A DNA stretch of 63,141 bases, filler included, from Octopus bimaculoides (GCF_001194135.2; 8 parts of 8 records of this genome joined end to end with filler, not necessarily neighbours in it), one strand, 5' to 3'; positions 36,550-50,329 are shown, numbered from the whole stretch's first letter. Numbers and translations are program-made. Notes: a model not told the origin generated them from the letters alone.

Positions 36550-39500
36550 TAATTCATTCGCTAACAGTTTTAATTTGCTCACAGTCAAAAATAAAGCCAA
36601 GATGACATTAATGATAAGATAATTATCAAAGAAATAAGAGAAATAATAATAGTAATAATAATAACGGTGGTGGTGTTGGTGATAAGGCAAATATGAGTGA
36701 ACTTACAAATAGATTGTTGATGTTGAAACAGGTAGACAGAAACACAGACAGGTAGACATACAAGAGTTGTAGAGGCTGTCATGTGAAAAGAAGGAACCAT
36801 CTGCAGACCACTGGCTACATGGTTCATTTAGGGCGAGCGACAACACCACTAGGGTCGGGTGAAAGGGATTTAGGGTTTGGCTTCAATAATTTTTTTTTCA
36901 AACGAAGCGGTCAGTATCTCTGATGGTGAAGAAGAAGAAGAGGCTGAAGCTGCTGCTGTCTTCCTCTCTTGACTCTCTTATTTGTTTTCTCCAACAACAA
37001 CAACAACACTGAAATCATATGATCGGCTCCAACTTCCGTTTCCGGTACATGTGTCGAGACTGAAATGGACGATTGTTGTTTGAGCGAGCAAAGAGACTTT
37101 AAAAGACGAATGCTTTTACGGTTCAAATTAGTCTTAATCCGGTCCTATATATACACAGCCACTTCATGGCTTCCCGATCTCCCTCATCGTCTTCGGACAA
37201 CGAATAACTTACCATTCATTATCATCCTATTTTAGGCATTTGTGCTTATTTCATTGTTGGGTTAACTTCAGGGGTTTCACTATATTTTTTAAAATTTGGA
37301 TGATTACTCTGTTTTGATTTATTTGAATATTTTTCAATTAAGAATTTTACCTTTGTTAATTGACGAATACCTTAACGTAACTCCAATTAGTTCGATACCT
37401 TATTGCTTTGCTGTTCTGTGTTCGAATTTCGCCGTGGGTCAACCTAACTAATCTTATCTTTGGTAAATTTGCCGACACAAATTACTTTATTAAAATCAAA
37501 AACAGCGAAGCTCCAGCTCTTAGAATAATAACGAAATAAGCATAAATACCTACACATATAAGATCCTATTAAAAAAACCAACTTCTATTTAGGAGCTCGG
37601 AAGCTCAGCCAAAAGGCTAATTTGAGTTTTGGGACTGTCAAAGCGAGGATATTTGGGACGGGGAAGTTTACTGTTTTCATTCATCCTGCTTCATCGCTCG
37701 GCTTTGGTGGGTTTCATTGTGTGTTGGGAAACAGTGCTTGTAAATACTTTAAAGAAACCCATACATCGCTCACAGACATTATTGAGTGAGGAAACAATTT
37801 TTTTAAAAAATAAATCAATACAGGTGCCCGACCGGCCGCTCTCAGTTTTTGCTGGTCGCGGTCGAGAGCTCAGATGTTCTCGGACCCTACACTGTCTACT
37901 TTCTGTGCTGCCTATTTTTTGGACTGCCATGTTGGCTTGGCGATAACTATTAATATCCAGTACCGCTGCCGTAGTCTCCTTTAGAGAGCCTGAGAAATAT
38001 TAATATATATTTCTACTTGGCCTTTCATTTTTCATTTGTTTTAGTCATTGGACTGTGGCCATGCTGGGGCACTACCTTCAAGAGTTTTAATCAAATGAAT
38101 TAACCCCAGTACTTATTCTGTCCGTTTTGCTGAAGTGAACAAATGAACCCTGTTTGTCAAACAGTGGTAGGGGACAAACACACATACATATATATTGGCT
38201 CATCCCGTAAATAATATGGTTTTTTATACTTCTTTTATTTTTCAAAATTAAGATAAACCAAGTTCTTTTTTAATCTAAAATATACTTTCCTTCCTTTTCT
38301 ACAATGTTCTTCCATCTGTCTGGTAGACATGCAAGGCCCTTCTTCCAGAATTCACTTGTCCGTGATGAAAAATAACACCAACAACAACAAACACTACTTG
38401 TAACAACTTTTTGTAAAGTGTTGAGGTAAATAAACACACAGAAACATGCACATACACAGGTAGATTGTGAGAAAGAAACAGATTGATAGAGATAGACAGA
38501 CAGACAGATAGATGTACAGGTAGATAGATAGATACACAGGCAGATTGTGTCAGTTTTCTTTAAGCCTCCATCTACAAAATTTTCATCAACTTGGGGTTAT
38601 GATAGAAGACACATACCAAAAGTGCTGCAGAGTGGAACTGAACCTGTCCACTGTGCAGAACCTTCAGCAATTGCCAAACCAAGAATAATTTGGGTTTAAA
38701 AACTAAATGTAAAAGAAATAGGAATGAATTTTTTAAAAATAACACTTATGCATACGTAATTTTGATATAAATAATTTTATTAACAATAAGAATTTATAAA
38801 TAATTGGGGGGAGGGTTCTTATTTTTAAACAGAGGAGGAATGGACTTTGCAAGCCATAATGAAGGCAATCCATATTAGGAAAGCAGAGAATTCGAATAAA
38901 AACTGATGCAAAGTTGAGGAGATTCTTTCGGCCCAACTGTTGACCTTTCTTGTGTTTGTGGCATGATTGAATATATTGGGTGCCTGCAATGAGAGGTTGA
39001 CGAGCTGAATGGCATCCAGCCATAAAAAATAAAATATATTACAACCAGAAGGATTGGTAGTTTCTCACTGTTGCAGTTGGGATTTGGTGATGAAGGACAA
39101 CAGCAACAGCAACAACAAGTGATGAAATATTGAATGGTTAGCATGGGAGGGANNNNNNNNNNGCAATGGGACTGTGGCCATGCTAGAGCACTGCCTTGAA
39201 GGATTTATTTTGGCAGAAAAAAGGACAGTCATATTTAAATAGAATGTGAAAGACTCACTATTATTATTATTATTATTATTTATAAAGGCATTATTATTAC
39301 GATCTTTATTTAAAAAAAGGCAGCAAACTGGCAGAGTCATTACTGCACCAGAAAAAATGCTTTGTGGCATTACTTTTGACTCTTTACATTCTGAGTTCAA
39401 ATCCTTCTGGGTCAACTTTACCGTTCATTTTTTTTTTTTATTTGAGGTCAATAAAATAAAATACTGGGGGCAATCAACTTTCCCTCTCTCCTCAGAATTG

Positions 39501-40694
39501 CTAGCCTTGTGCCAAAATTTAAAAGACAATTATTTATAAAGGCAGTAGAGTGGTAGAAACACTGAAAGTTAATTTGATTTCTATAGATTCTGAGTTTAAA
39601 TCCCACCAACATAAACCATTTTTTTTCCTCTTCTCCTCCTGACAATAAAACAAAAACAATTCAAAGAAACTTCACTGCAAAAATTGGTCAAACAACAAAG
39701 ATAATTAAAAAGAAACCCAGAGTGTAAAAGTGTAATTTTTTAAAAAATATATGTTAAAAATAAGTTTTTTTATGAAATATAACAATACAAACAGATTTTA
39801 TAGAGGTCACTTTGATCTGTTGTTTTTACATAAAGCAGACCACAAAACAACAGAGGAACAGATATTCTGTTATTCAAGGTAATTAACCAAATATTTTAGA
39901 AGGTTGTTAAGCAGTTATGAGGGAGAGATTCATCACAAAGGAAAATTATTGAAATAAAGCAGCAGTTTTGAATTAGAAGATAAAAAAGAAATACTTTCTT
40001 CTCCAAATTAAAAGAATCTTTCATATTGACAGAGTTAAAGAAATTAAGAAGCAGTCATAGGTATTTTAGACAGATCCTGTAACAGGCATTCTTGTAATTT
40101 GGAAAGGTAAGAAGTTTATAAGCGAGGAAGAATTTAGCTGCTACGTTTAGCAGGTTGAGCAACTTTATAGAAGCTCTCTTATTAATGTTGTTGACCTTAT
40201 AGATCAGATGTGAGCAACCTTTATCAAGAAGAAAGCCACAATGAAACCGGATTCTTCATCAGGCAAGACATACTAATAAAACAAATTCATGGTAATTTTT
40301 TGTTAAGTGCACTGGTCAGTTAAGACCTGCAGTTTGTCCATGACTGTTAGAGATGAAGGTCAGATACAGAGGAGTTACAGGGAGCTCTTGAGCCTCTATG
40401 TTACCAATTTAAACTGACCTCTATAAGATATTTGGAATATTGTGGAGAATAATGAAATGGTAGAAACAGGAGAGCATCTAACAAAATGCCTTGTGTTGTT
40501 TAATTTAATCCCTTTTTACTTTTTCTGAGTTCAAATTCTGCTGGAGCTGATTTTACCTCTCAGCTACCTTGGGGTTAGATCAATAAAATAAATATCAGAA
40601 ATATAATTGAACAATTTAGTCAAAATGTTATCAATATAAATTAAAACAAGGCTGACACCTCTCTTGTCACACACCCCACCCTTAATACTGATAT

Positions 40695-41144
40695 TTAATA
40701 GGATGAGAGACCAAATAAAATGAAGCCTATTGTTATACAGATCTGGTCGCAAATTAAACGAATTTGGTTCCAAAAATGAACTTTCTTGTATTCGGTCCAG
40801 TAGGAGAGTCGAGAGTCAATAAACAGTGATATAAGCGCCATTAATATCGCCAAAGTAAAGAATGTCTTGCACTGGACTTGTTTCACACCAGAGAACAGTG
40901 ACACAGAACAAAGACCAAGTAGGACGTTGATAACAACATGAGAAACATCAGCCACGGGGAAATGGTAGATAAAAGCTTGATAGAGCTCAGTATTATTATT
41001 GAGGGCAACTATAAGAGTTAAGCAGTAGATCCCAAGGACACTGTAAGATATTTGCTGCAGTTGTTTGCCTGAGTTTTTGTCAAATAGATACGCCAGTCCA
41101 ATATAAACTCCTGCACAAGCAAAATGGCGGGCACAAATCAATGT
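40695..41144 (-). CDS. TMEM101: TMEM101 terminal coding exon (TLICARHFACAG...IDSRLSYWTEYKKVHFWNQIRLI...LSSY*)
   Basis: Poly-T acceptor ending tag at 41145-41146; 450-nt open frame with multi-pass hydrophobic segments; IDSRLSYW...VHFWNQIRLI matches TMEM101 IDGNVAYW...VEFWNQMKLL. Confidence 0.9.
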   Translation of the reverse strand, partial: TLICARHFACAGVYIGLAYLFDKNSGKQLQQISYSVLGIYCLTLIVALNNNTELYQAFIYHFPVADVSHVVINVLLGLCSVSLFSGVKQVQCKTFFTLAILMALISLFIDSRLSYWTEYKKVHFWNQIRLICDQICITIGFILFGLSSY

Positions 41145-41878
41145 CTAAAAAAAAAAAGAGAACAAAATATAATAATTAGTCAAATTAATTAAAACCCATG
41201 AAATAAAATAGTGTCTTACTGAGTCTACAGGAAAAAAACAACAGCTAAATGTGTCTAGGCATGACAGGCTTTGTTTGGTTTCTGTCTTCCAAATCCACTC
41301 ACAAAGCTCAAGATTGGCCCAGGGTGCCACACAAGGGGACTGAAACCGAAACCATGCGATTGGGAAAGAAACATCTATCACACAGCCAAGGCTGCATCTC
41401 TATTTAAAACATTTCCCCTCAAAATAAATGTCAACAACAGAATGGCTGGGGGAAACCATTTACAAGAATATTGTCAGAGAATCATTGTTGTCACAGCCAA
41501 AAGCATGTCACTGGACAAAGAGCTACAGTTTATTAGTCTCTGGCCACAGCCAAGAGAGTTCTCATTGAAAGTATGGAGTGTAACTATGTAAAGAGGAATA
41601 CAATGGCTATATAACATAGGTACTTTGATTGTATAAAGTAGATACTGTTGCTGTATACATATAAATCTCGTTACTGTAAGCAAATCGTAATAGACAAGAT
41701 TATCCACTTATTTAATCCAAATACTTGGAACTAAATAAGGTTTACTGCAGCATGAGGGTAATCTCACATGACAAAAACTAGATTTCACACTTTTAACATA
41801 AAATTGAAGGTGTATTTATAAATGATTGTTTCCTTGTCTTTCTTTTCTATCAATTCAAAAATAGAAAGAAAAACTTAC

Positions 41879-42056
41879 CCGCAACCAATCACGGTCCATA
41901 TTGCTGTTAGAATAAGAATTATAAGCAAAATACATTAGTTGTCCTGCGTATACAAGAGGGATTGACTTTCCTCCTGAAAACCCAGACATCAAAGCTCCGC
42001 ACACCAGAAACAAGCCCAGGTGGATGTATATGACTTTTGGATTAATTGGTGGGTAG
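41879..42056 (-). CDS. TMEM101: TMEM101 coding exon 3 (YPPINPKVIYIHLGLFLVCGALMSGF...DRDWLR)
   Basis: Acceptor ttctttctttccag, donor CGG|gtaagt; 178 nt, open; resembles TMEM101 PDIPVPYLYFDMG...LCASFMSFG...GDWLK. Confidence 0.85.
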
Positions 42057-42486
42057 CTGGAAAGAAAGAAAGAACAAGAGGTCAGCCAGGAAACATCATC
42101 ATCATTTTAATGCCTCTTTTTTTCATGCTGGCATGGGTTTGAATGATTAGTAAGAAGGGAGGAACACAGAACACGACAAGAAGGCAGGAGTTGGTATAGC
42201 AAATAGTTTATCAAGACACCTAGTTCTTCCTAGGTTAGAAATAGCATCCTCATTGCTTGCAACATGGTTTGTTTCTGCTTTGTTCTGTCTATGAATTTTT
42301 TCAGGATTTAAAAATTACCTTTCAGTAATAACTGACAAAAGAAATTATCAAAAAATTCAGGAGCTTTCTTTTGTTTAAGGCACTCTTTAAACTGGATAAG
42401 ATATGTGTAAAAATTAACACTTCCTTCTCCAAGCCTAGATTCGAAACCGAATCTAAGAATTCCCGGTCGATTGGTCAGCATCTCAC

Positions 42487-42540
42487 CTATTTAGGTACAA
42501 ACTCTGCTGCAGTATGTCTGTCCTTCTAGCTGCCTCGATT
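42487..42540 (-). CDS. TMEM101: TMEM101 coding exon 2, 54 nt, phase 2-2 (K-IEAARRTDILQQSLYLN-S)
   Basis: Acceptor ...ctgaccactctatttataag, donor AG|gtgaga; keeps the frame; EAARR matches AEARR of TMEM101. Confidence 0.6.
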
Positions 42541-43417
42541 CTTATAAATAGAGTGGTCAGCAAGACATCAGGACACACAGAGACAGACAGACAGGGAGAC
42601 TGCTACTATGGGACAGAGATTTTTCCCCGGCCAAGCAAGATGAGAACGAACACACACACACACACACGAACATATCCTGGTTCCATCATTTGTCTAGCAA
42701 CTCGAAGCAAGTTGATAAAATTGAATGTAGTGGCAATTATTATTTATTAACTCCAGCTAATAAAAATGTTATAATTGAACTAGTTATCACTTCGTCATTT
42801 CTCAAGCAAACACATGCCTATCGCACGACACCAAACAAAAACACACCACACACGTTTGCCAAGTTCATGTGATCTGAAGACAATTCAACACCTTTATTGT
42901 TTACTATCAAATTAAATCTAGATCCAAAAGGCATTTGACAGAAGACCTTCCAGACATGGCCATCCAGTCCTTTCCCCATACCTGATGTATCTGGGACTAT
43001 GTTACACAGTATTTATTCTGTTTTTAAGATGACAGAGTGTGACTTGAAGGTGACTTGACTGTTATTTCTCGCAGGCCGATTGACCACGTAAAGGTTCTCT
43101 CGTTAGATTTGTTTTCAGTCAAGAGATTTTCCCTTATATTATTTCAAAACAGAAAGTATTGGATAACAAAACATTTTCACAATAATTTCAACTGTTTAAA
43201 AACCTCCACAAAGTTCTAAACAAGCATATGGTGAAGATCCGTACATCGAGTTACCTCCCTTAAAGTAAGAGACTGAAAACTGGTCTCAGGCGAAAATGTT
43301 CCCCACCAAAAAAATTACCGTACAGCATCAAAAAATAAAAAAACGAAAAAGACAAAAGAATCGTCCGCGGGCCCCTAACACATGGTACTAAATCTGCATT
43401 CATGAATTTCTATTTAC

Positions 43418-43494
43418 TTGACAAATATGAGCAGTAAATGGGTAAAGCGTGTAAATAGCATCTTCTCGAGCACCGCACCCTTTCGTTGACACAT
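43418..43494 (-). CDS. TMEM101: TMEM101 coding exon 1 (MCQRKGAVLEKMLFTRFTHLLLIFV + 2 nt)
   Basis: ATG at 43494; donor AA|gtaaat at 43417; phase 2 fits the next exon. LFTRF and THLLLIFVKIEAARR (with exon 2) resemble vertebrate TMEM101 LLTRC and SQLMLYAERAEARR (recalled from memory). Confidence 0.65.
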
Positions 43495-46029
43495 TACGAC
43501 AGACCTCTTCTCCTACGCTCTCTGTAAACCCATATTTGGCGAAACGACGAAATAAAGATGTCAACTGAAACCTAATCCATAATTTTAATATTTCTCATAA
43601 TTTATAACAAAAACTGGTTTGAAAGAAGTATTTTTAAATGCATAGATCGCTAATAAGGAGACGAGTGATTAGGTCGTTCTTCCATTCGTTATCATGTATT
43701 GTTGGCAGTAATAGTTTTAAACTTTAACAGACACGAGTATTATAAACCATTAAAAGTAGAACCAACGAGATCACTCGATCCGCCACAAAAATAGCAAGCA
43801 AATACCCATCCTAGCATCTTAAAACAAAGAACGATGAGTTATACATAGTCTTAAACATGCAGCATACATATATATATTACAAGATAGTCGTGATTAGAAT
43901 GCTCGTTCAGGGCAGACCGGGGGCCAAACTACAACAACAGCCATTTAGAAGTAAATAAAGTTATTCGAACAGAGAATATTCAGCGGCTTTATAGAATATA
44001 ACAAAAGAATAAACGGTTGTTTGAATACATTTCTTACCTCTCGTGGACAGCCAATTCTCCGAGAAGCATCAACAAAGTAATGGCATTTAAGAATGGAAAC
44101 CGGCAGAGAATGAAAAAACAAACTTTCACAGATCGTCTCTTCCAAGTTTGTAACATGGTTCACGCCTTCGGTAGATAGACACACTTTATCAAAAGGCTGT
44201 TGTGGGCCTTAAATGCCCTCGACTTACAGTTTCTTCTTTTAAGCAAGTGTCTTCAGTTTTTTTTTCTATTTATATTGTGTAATTACTTGCCAGACACCGA
44301 ACAATGTGCTCACATATCCACACACACACACATATGTCAGGCTTATAGTTACAGGATAATGGTTTGTGTGTCAGATACTACAAGGGAGGTAACTCTCCCC
44401 TGTTAGAGTCTGCAGTTGGAATTAAAATCCTTAATTAGCAACTATTTACATTCGTAATCCTTTCCACTATAGTCACAACGGCTGAAGTTTTTGAGAAGGG
44501 ATTAATCGTTTAGATCGACTCCACTGCTCAACTGGTATTTATTTTATCGATCCCGAAAGATGAAAGGCAAAGTCGACCTCGATATTTGAACTCAGAACGT
44601 AAAGCCATAAAAAATGCGGCTGAGTATTGTTGTCGAGTCTGCCAGCTCGCTGCCTTATTCTACTTGTAATCCACGTCTTTTATTCTGATTCCATTCACTT
44701 CACATCAATGTAGGAATACACACAATGGGAATACAAATTGTCCCTAATACCTAGCTGGTGTTTTTTATTAACCCAACCGAGATACGAAACATAATACTGA
44801 CTTGTGGGATTTTAACTCACAATGTAAAGGACCGTGATTAAAAACTGTTTGGGATTTTGTCAAACTTTTCTAACGATCTTGCTACCCATCAGTTGAAATA
44901 CTAACCCTAACTGGTTTCCCAGAGGTCATTAAACAAAGAAGCAGTTGCTTAGAGCGTCACGATTTATCGGAAATTTCTAAAACAACACGGTCTTTCGAAT
45001 CCCACATTTAATCCGTTTTGTTGACTTTATTGAATATGTGATTGATACATGCAAAAAAGTTCTTTGTTTCATTTATCTATATTTGTTTAGTGAACAATAA
45101 AATTCGGTCCTAAAAAAAAAACCCAGCAAATATCTAATTTTTGTGGAGGCTTCAAATGAATTAATATTTAATGAAGAGCAATTACTGCTACCAATGTTTT
45201 ATATTAATACAAATTTTAAAATTAGATCTCCTAAGTAAGACAAAAAATAAATAAATAAATAAAAGTTGAGCATTGGGGTCGATGTAATCGACAAGACCCC
45301 CCCCCACACACACACACAAATTTCAAGCCTTGTGCCTCGAGTAGAAAGGATTATTTGTAGCTTTATCCACTTCAAGTTCCACTGTTAAAACTAATTTAGG
45401 ACACACATTGATTTTTCTTTTTTTTTTGTCTTAAAAAGTAGAGCAATTCCTTTCTTACAACAGATGACATTGAAAAAGATAAAGACAAAAAAAACAGCTG
45501 TTTCTATGTAGACTCAAATAAACATGGTTTCGTTTTTTTTATTTGCTTTGGCCAACGAGATATAAAAACGTTTCCAGTGTCGACCACCTCCAAAAACAGT
45601 CGCCAAAAAGCTTGATTTAGATGAAAAAGACATTTTCTTCAGGACATTTCACAAATCTCTGATTAAAAAATTAGGGCCTTGAAATCTTATTTAGAAGAAA
45701 CAGTTCACTGACAAAATTCTGTGCTGCATCTCTTACAAAGCACTGCAAAAACAAAACTTTCTAATTAATAGAATTTATAGAAACCGCTGAGTTTAGCCAT
45801 GTTCATCTGGCAAGGAGACTCGCTAGAAATAACAGTCAATAATTCACTTTTCTTGCCTTTTGTGATCGATTAAATGTGCACTGGTAACACATTTGGGTTC
45901 ATTTAACAAAACTTGGCGACTGATGGAGAAATCAGGGATATAAAATAAGGAGTCGGAGGAAAGTTTTGATGAGAAGGTTAGGCAAGGGCGCCAGTTCTGT
46001 GTATAAACATTTTGCTTCCAGAACCGCAG

Positions 46030-47980
46030 AAACGGGCAGATTTTCTTGAGCACTGAATATCGCCAACCGTCCCGGTTCTCTGTTATCTCCTTCATGATAT
46101 TCAAACACCCCAGATTATTCTTCACCGGCACATTTTTATACAACTGTTGATATGATCGTCCATATGACCACACCAACGCAGTCTTCTGTTGCGCACTAAA
46201 ACTGTTGCCTCTTCTGCCCCCCCACCCTTAATACATTTGTACTTCGTCGTCCGCGCACGTCACTTTCCACATCCAATGGAGCATGCTTGCTTCATTCCTT
46301 TCCTGTCTCCACATGTCCTCTGCATTCAGAGTCCACATCTCACTACTATATAAAAATGCTGCTCGTACACAAATATCATACAGCCTGCTTTGCACTTTGA
46401 GAGAGAAATCTTTTTTATGAACAGAGGCAATACTTCTCTGAACCTTTTCCAGCCAGTTCTTATTCCGGCTGCACTGAACGTCCTCCTCCATTGAAATTAC
46501 ATCACCAAGGTAAAAGAAGTTCTCTAATACCTCTTGAGATTTGTGCTCTCTTAGTGTCTATTGTTCCTATGTATGTCACATACAAAGTTTACTTTCTCTA
46601 TCAACCTGCCTCTGACTCTACTACACTTTTTATGTTTAAATGGTTTGCGTTGTGTATGCCACATCAATTTTCTTCTTATTTTTCTACATATTGACCAAGG
46701 CTATTTCCTTGATGAAAGCAGAGTCCCGTCTGTTTTCCTCGTTACTAAAACTTAGCTCTTTGCTAGGTTAACTTTGAAGCCTTTCGATTCCAGATTTTGC
46801 TTCCAAACCTGGAATTTCTTTTTTAATTCTACTATAGATTCAACCATAAGAACAACATCATCAGTACATAGCAATTCTCATGGGCAACCAGACTTCAACT
46901 GCTCTGTTATGATCTGTATTTTTATGATGAATAAGGGAGGACTGAACCGCAACCCCGATGAACGAACTGCACATTAAATTCCTTGCAATACTTGTTAACT
47001 CTTACCTTCTGTACATGGCTTGTATAAGTCACACAAACCATTTGTTTGCTCCTAGATTCTTGACTGACCACCAGATTACAAAGCGAAGGACCCTATCAAA
47101 GGCTTTCTCCAGATCGACAGCTAAATACAGAAGCTAACTTTTGTAGACTGGTCAACTGGATGTTGAATGATTTGGTCGGACTGACTGTGGCCGCATTCCT
47201 GTTTGCGATGTACGACCAAGTTTATCTTAAGTTTTTGAGAAGATCATTTCTTTATCTACAACAGTTGTTTACTGGAGGCTGTATCACTGTTTATCAATTG
47301 AGAGATATGTTGTGTTTCGGTTAAGAATTTAACGTATACTTATGTTGTGAGAAACAAGAAAATTATATTTTCATGGTGAACAAATCATTCTTTTTAACCC
47401 AGGGTCGAGCAGTGACCAAGAAACCTGACTCCTCAGGAGATACTAATGCTCCTCTCTTCTATATTTATTGCCATGTTTTGGTAGGAAAATCATAGAAAGT
47501 TCCATTAGAAATATACAATTGAATGATCGCAACTGAGATGTTTTTAGTTAGAATTCAAGACAAGTCGTCTGATATTCTTCACTTATTTCTCGTTGCTGGG
47601 CCAACGAAGATTCCATTCTAAATTCCGCTACACTTTTATCCAAGTACTTCTGCATATACCTCCCCAGGGCATATTCAGTACCTTTCTCAGGCACAACTCT
47701 AATTTACTCCCTCCAATTAATTCAGCTATAATTCTTTTCGTAACTTTCATAATCTGGTCCAAAAATTTGAATTCGATACTCCTGTAATTATTCCTATCTA
47801 AGGCATCCTATAACCTTCATAATGTTTGACTGCCATTTAATATAATTACCTTCCTGTACTAATTATGTAGGCAACTAGACTCTATCCTCCTCTACCAGAT
47901 ATTTTAAGCAACTCAGCAGTAGTTCGTTGTTGTCCAGAGTCTTTTCTTGCCCTCGTAGCCTTAATTTCTTTATCAATCAG
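46030..47980 (-). mobile_element. RTE-clade LINE ORF2 remnant with a foreign insert at about 47145-47630
   Basis: TAELLKISG, DQIMKVT, YLAVDLEKAFDRV (about 47092-47130), PWSICRK, RLYDICVRAAFLYSSEMW...ERNEASMLHW. Confidence 0.8.
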
Positions 47981-48432
47981 GATGCTGTTGACTAAAATGG
48001 CTGCTTCTCTTGGATCCACGGCGGGATGGTCGTTCTTTCATACATTCTCCACATTTAATAACTTTTCGTAGAAACATTTCTCGAGTTGGAGTCACTAAGT
48101 GCAAGTGTACCATTATCCATCTATGCCCACTTCGTTCCCACATCATAAGACACACACACACACACATATGTGTGTATGTATGTATAAATACACACATTAT
48201 ACATTCACGTTTTTTCTTTCTTATTTTTGACAAAAACTATCTCAAAGACCAAGCGTTTTGGGCATACCACTTACCAAATTGACTACAAATCTGGGAATTT
48301 GTTTCTTTATTTAGAACCGGGATGGGGGAAACTTTTTAATGCGAAGGGCAAAAATTTACAAAGAAAAAGGTGCGCGGGCGAGTCACAAGCTCCAACTCTT
48401 ATATCTGTGTAAATCTTGTATAATTCGATAGA

Positions 48433-48559
48433 CAGGGTGTCCACAAAGTCTGGGTACGTGGAGTAAATAAAATCATAACATAAACAATTAAATATAAGAA
48501 ATAATAATTTCTTAAAGTATGTGATAATCCCCATGTACCCAGACTTTGTGGACATCCTG
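48433..48559. mobile_element. Tc1-type MITE, 127 bp
   Basis: TIRs cagggtgtccacaaagtctgggtac / gtacccagactttgtggacatcctg; TA on the right, GA on the left. Confidence 0.85.
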
Positions 48560-48974
48560 TAAAGATAAGTTTAACACATTAAATTAACGCGTAACGCCTT
48601 CGTTAACGCCGCCACTGAATTTATGATGTTTCTATCACTTATGAGGTATTCTATATTTTTTCAGCTAGTTTATGTAGTTGGGTTTCAAAGGGGGGGGGAG
48701 ACAAACCTAGCAATATGTGTTTTAGAGTGAAAATAAAATTTCCATTCAAATGGCAATCACCGGACGATTTTCTGTTCGAGTCGAACCGTTTTAAAAAGCA
48801 ACCATTGTCGTAAATAAGCATACGAATATTGTATAATTGTTATAATTGAGAAATTTACTATTTTGTACATACAATATATTAACCTGCAGGAGCAATAAAG
48901 TGTTTCTGGAATGTCTGAGTAAAAACTGATATTGGAGGATCACGTGAAAATCGTGCAATTATATATATATATAT

Positions 48975-49309
48975 CGTGGCACTCCATCGGTTACGACGTC
49001 GAGGGTTCCTATTGATCCGATCAACGGAACAGCCTGCTCGTGAAATTAACTGAGCACTCCACAGACACGTGTACCCTTAACATAGTTCTTGGCGGGGATT
49101 CAGCGTGACAAGGTTGGCCCTTTGAAATACAGGCACAACAGAAACAGGAAGAAAGTTGTGGTGAAAGAGTACAGCAGGGTTCGCCACCAATCGCTGCCGG
49201 AGCCTCGTGGAGCATTAGGTATTTTCGCTCAATAAACACTCACAACGCCCGGTCTGGGAATCGAAACCGCGAGTCCGCAGCCCTAACCACTGGGCCATTA
49301 CGCCTCCAC
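48975..49309 (-). mobile_element. SINE family C copy in a (TA)n tract
   Basis: Colinear with 18312-18699 apart from small deletions. Confidence 0.9.
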
Positions 49310-49439
49310 TATATATATATAGAGAGAGAGAGCTTGCGGAGAGTATTGTTTAATATAGATGTTTCTAATTTCATAAAAACAATGCAAGTCATAAGAAATA
49401 ATATAAGCTGATGGTTTGTATTTTAACCTGGTATTTCAA

Positions 49440-50300
49440 TATTTTGTTGTTAGGGTCTCTTTTCAGGAAATGGCGTATTGAGCTTGCTTCTCTGATCCGT
49501 CGTGCATGTATATGAATGTTAACTTTGCATGCAGTGGATGGCGTTGCTATAGGAGCCAATCAGCTGTGTGTAGTTCGGTTCTGTTGTTAATAAGTGGGTT
49601 GGACTTGTTTCTCTTATCTTCAGGTTCCCAAAGTTTCGTGCTATAGTTTTATGGGAAACCTGGATATAATGGGTGTTGTATATCAGATTTTTTTTTTTAT
49701 ATTGAAGTGTTCTTTAACCTGTGTTCTAGTCTGTTGGTACTTTTAATGTAGAATTCAATAGATGGGTTTATGTACTACGTAGGACGGCAGACATATCATT
49801 GATCGAGTAGTTGGGCAATGTACAAACGGCTGTGTTTGAGCCTCCCCAGAGAGAGTCCATAACGTGCCAGTTGTTTTTTCGTAAAAATGTGGCAGTTTCA
49901 AAAGACAAATGTTATTTATCCCTGAATGTGTGAATTTTGTAAGTGGTCTGGTGTTTAGTTGAAAGAGTAAGGATTAACCATTCTCCATAAGGACTCTTCA
50001 GAATTGTACAGTGCTGGTCTTTTTCTTTTCTGCCTCATTGCATTTGCTGTGTATTCTGTGAATCTCATTTCTAACGCAGGTCACTTTAGCTCTGAAGAGT
50101 AGGGATGAATTACAATGCACAAATAGGCCCCTGCATACTGCTTTTCTACAAAAGCAAGTGGAATTGGATCCATTCTTAAGCAGAGACAAGGAAACGGTAT
50201 TATTGGATGCTCCACTTCAAATTTTATATGTTCCTCGATATTGTTGAACATATTCTATATTTTAAATGGCTTCCTCATAAGATGATGTTAATATGAGTGT
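49440..50300 (-). mobile_element. Penelope-like element remnant (RT thumb to GIY-YIG)
   Basis: FNNIEEHIKFEVEHP; RK.V.RGLFVH.NS.L.FRAK..CVRNEIHRI; VLMENG; LKLPHF; RRIREA. Confidence 0.6.
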
Positions 50301-50329
50301 TGTCGTGCGCATTCCTAGTTAGCCTTCAC

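Noticed and set aside
37629-37946. Overlapping opposite-strand ORFs of 105 and 79 aa
   Set aside because: No recognisable domain, splice signals or codon pattern supporting either.
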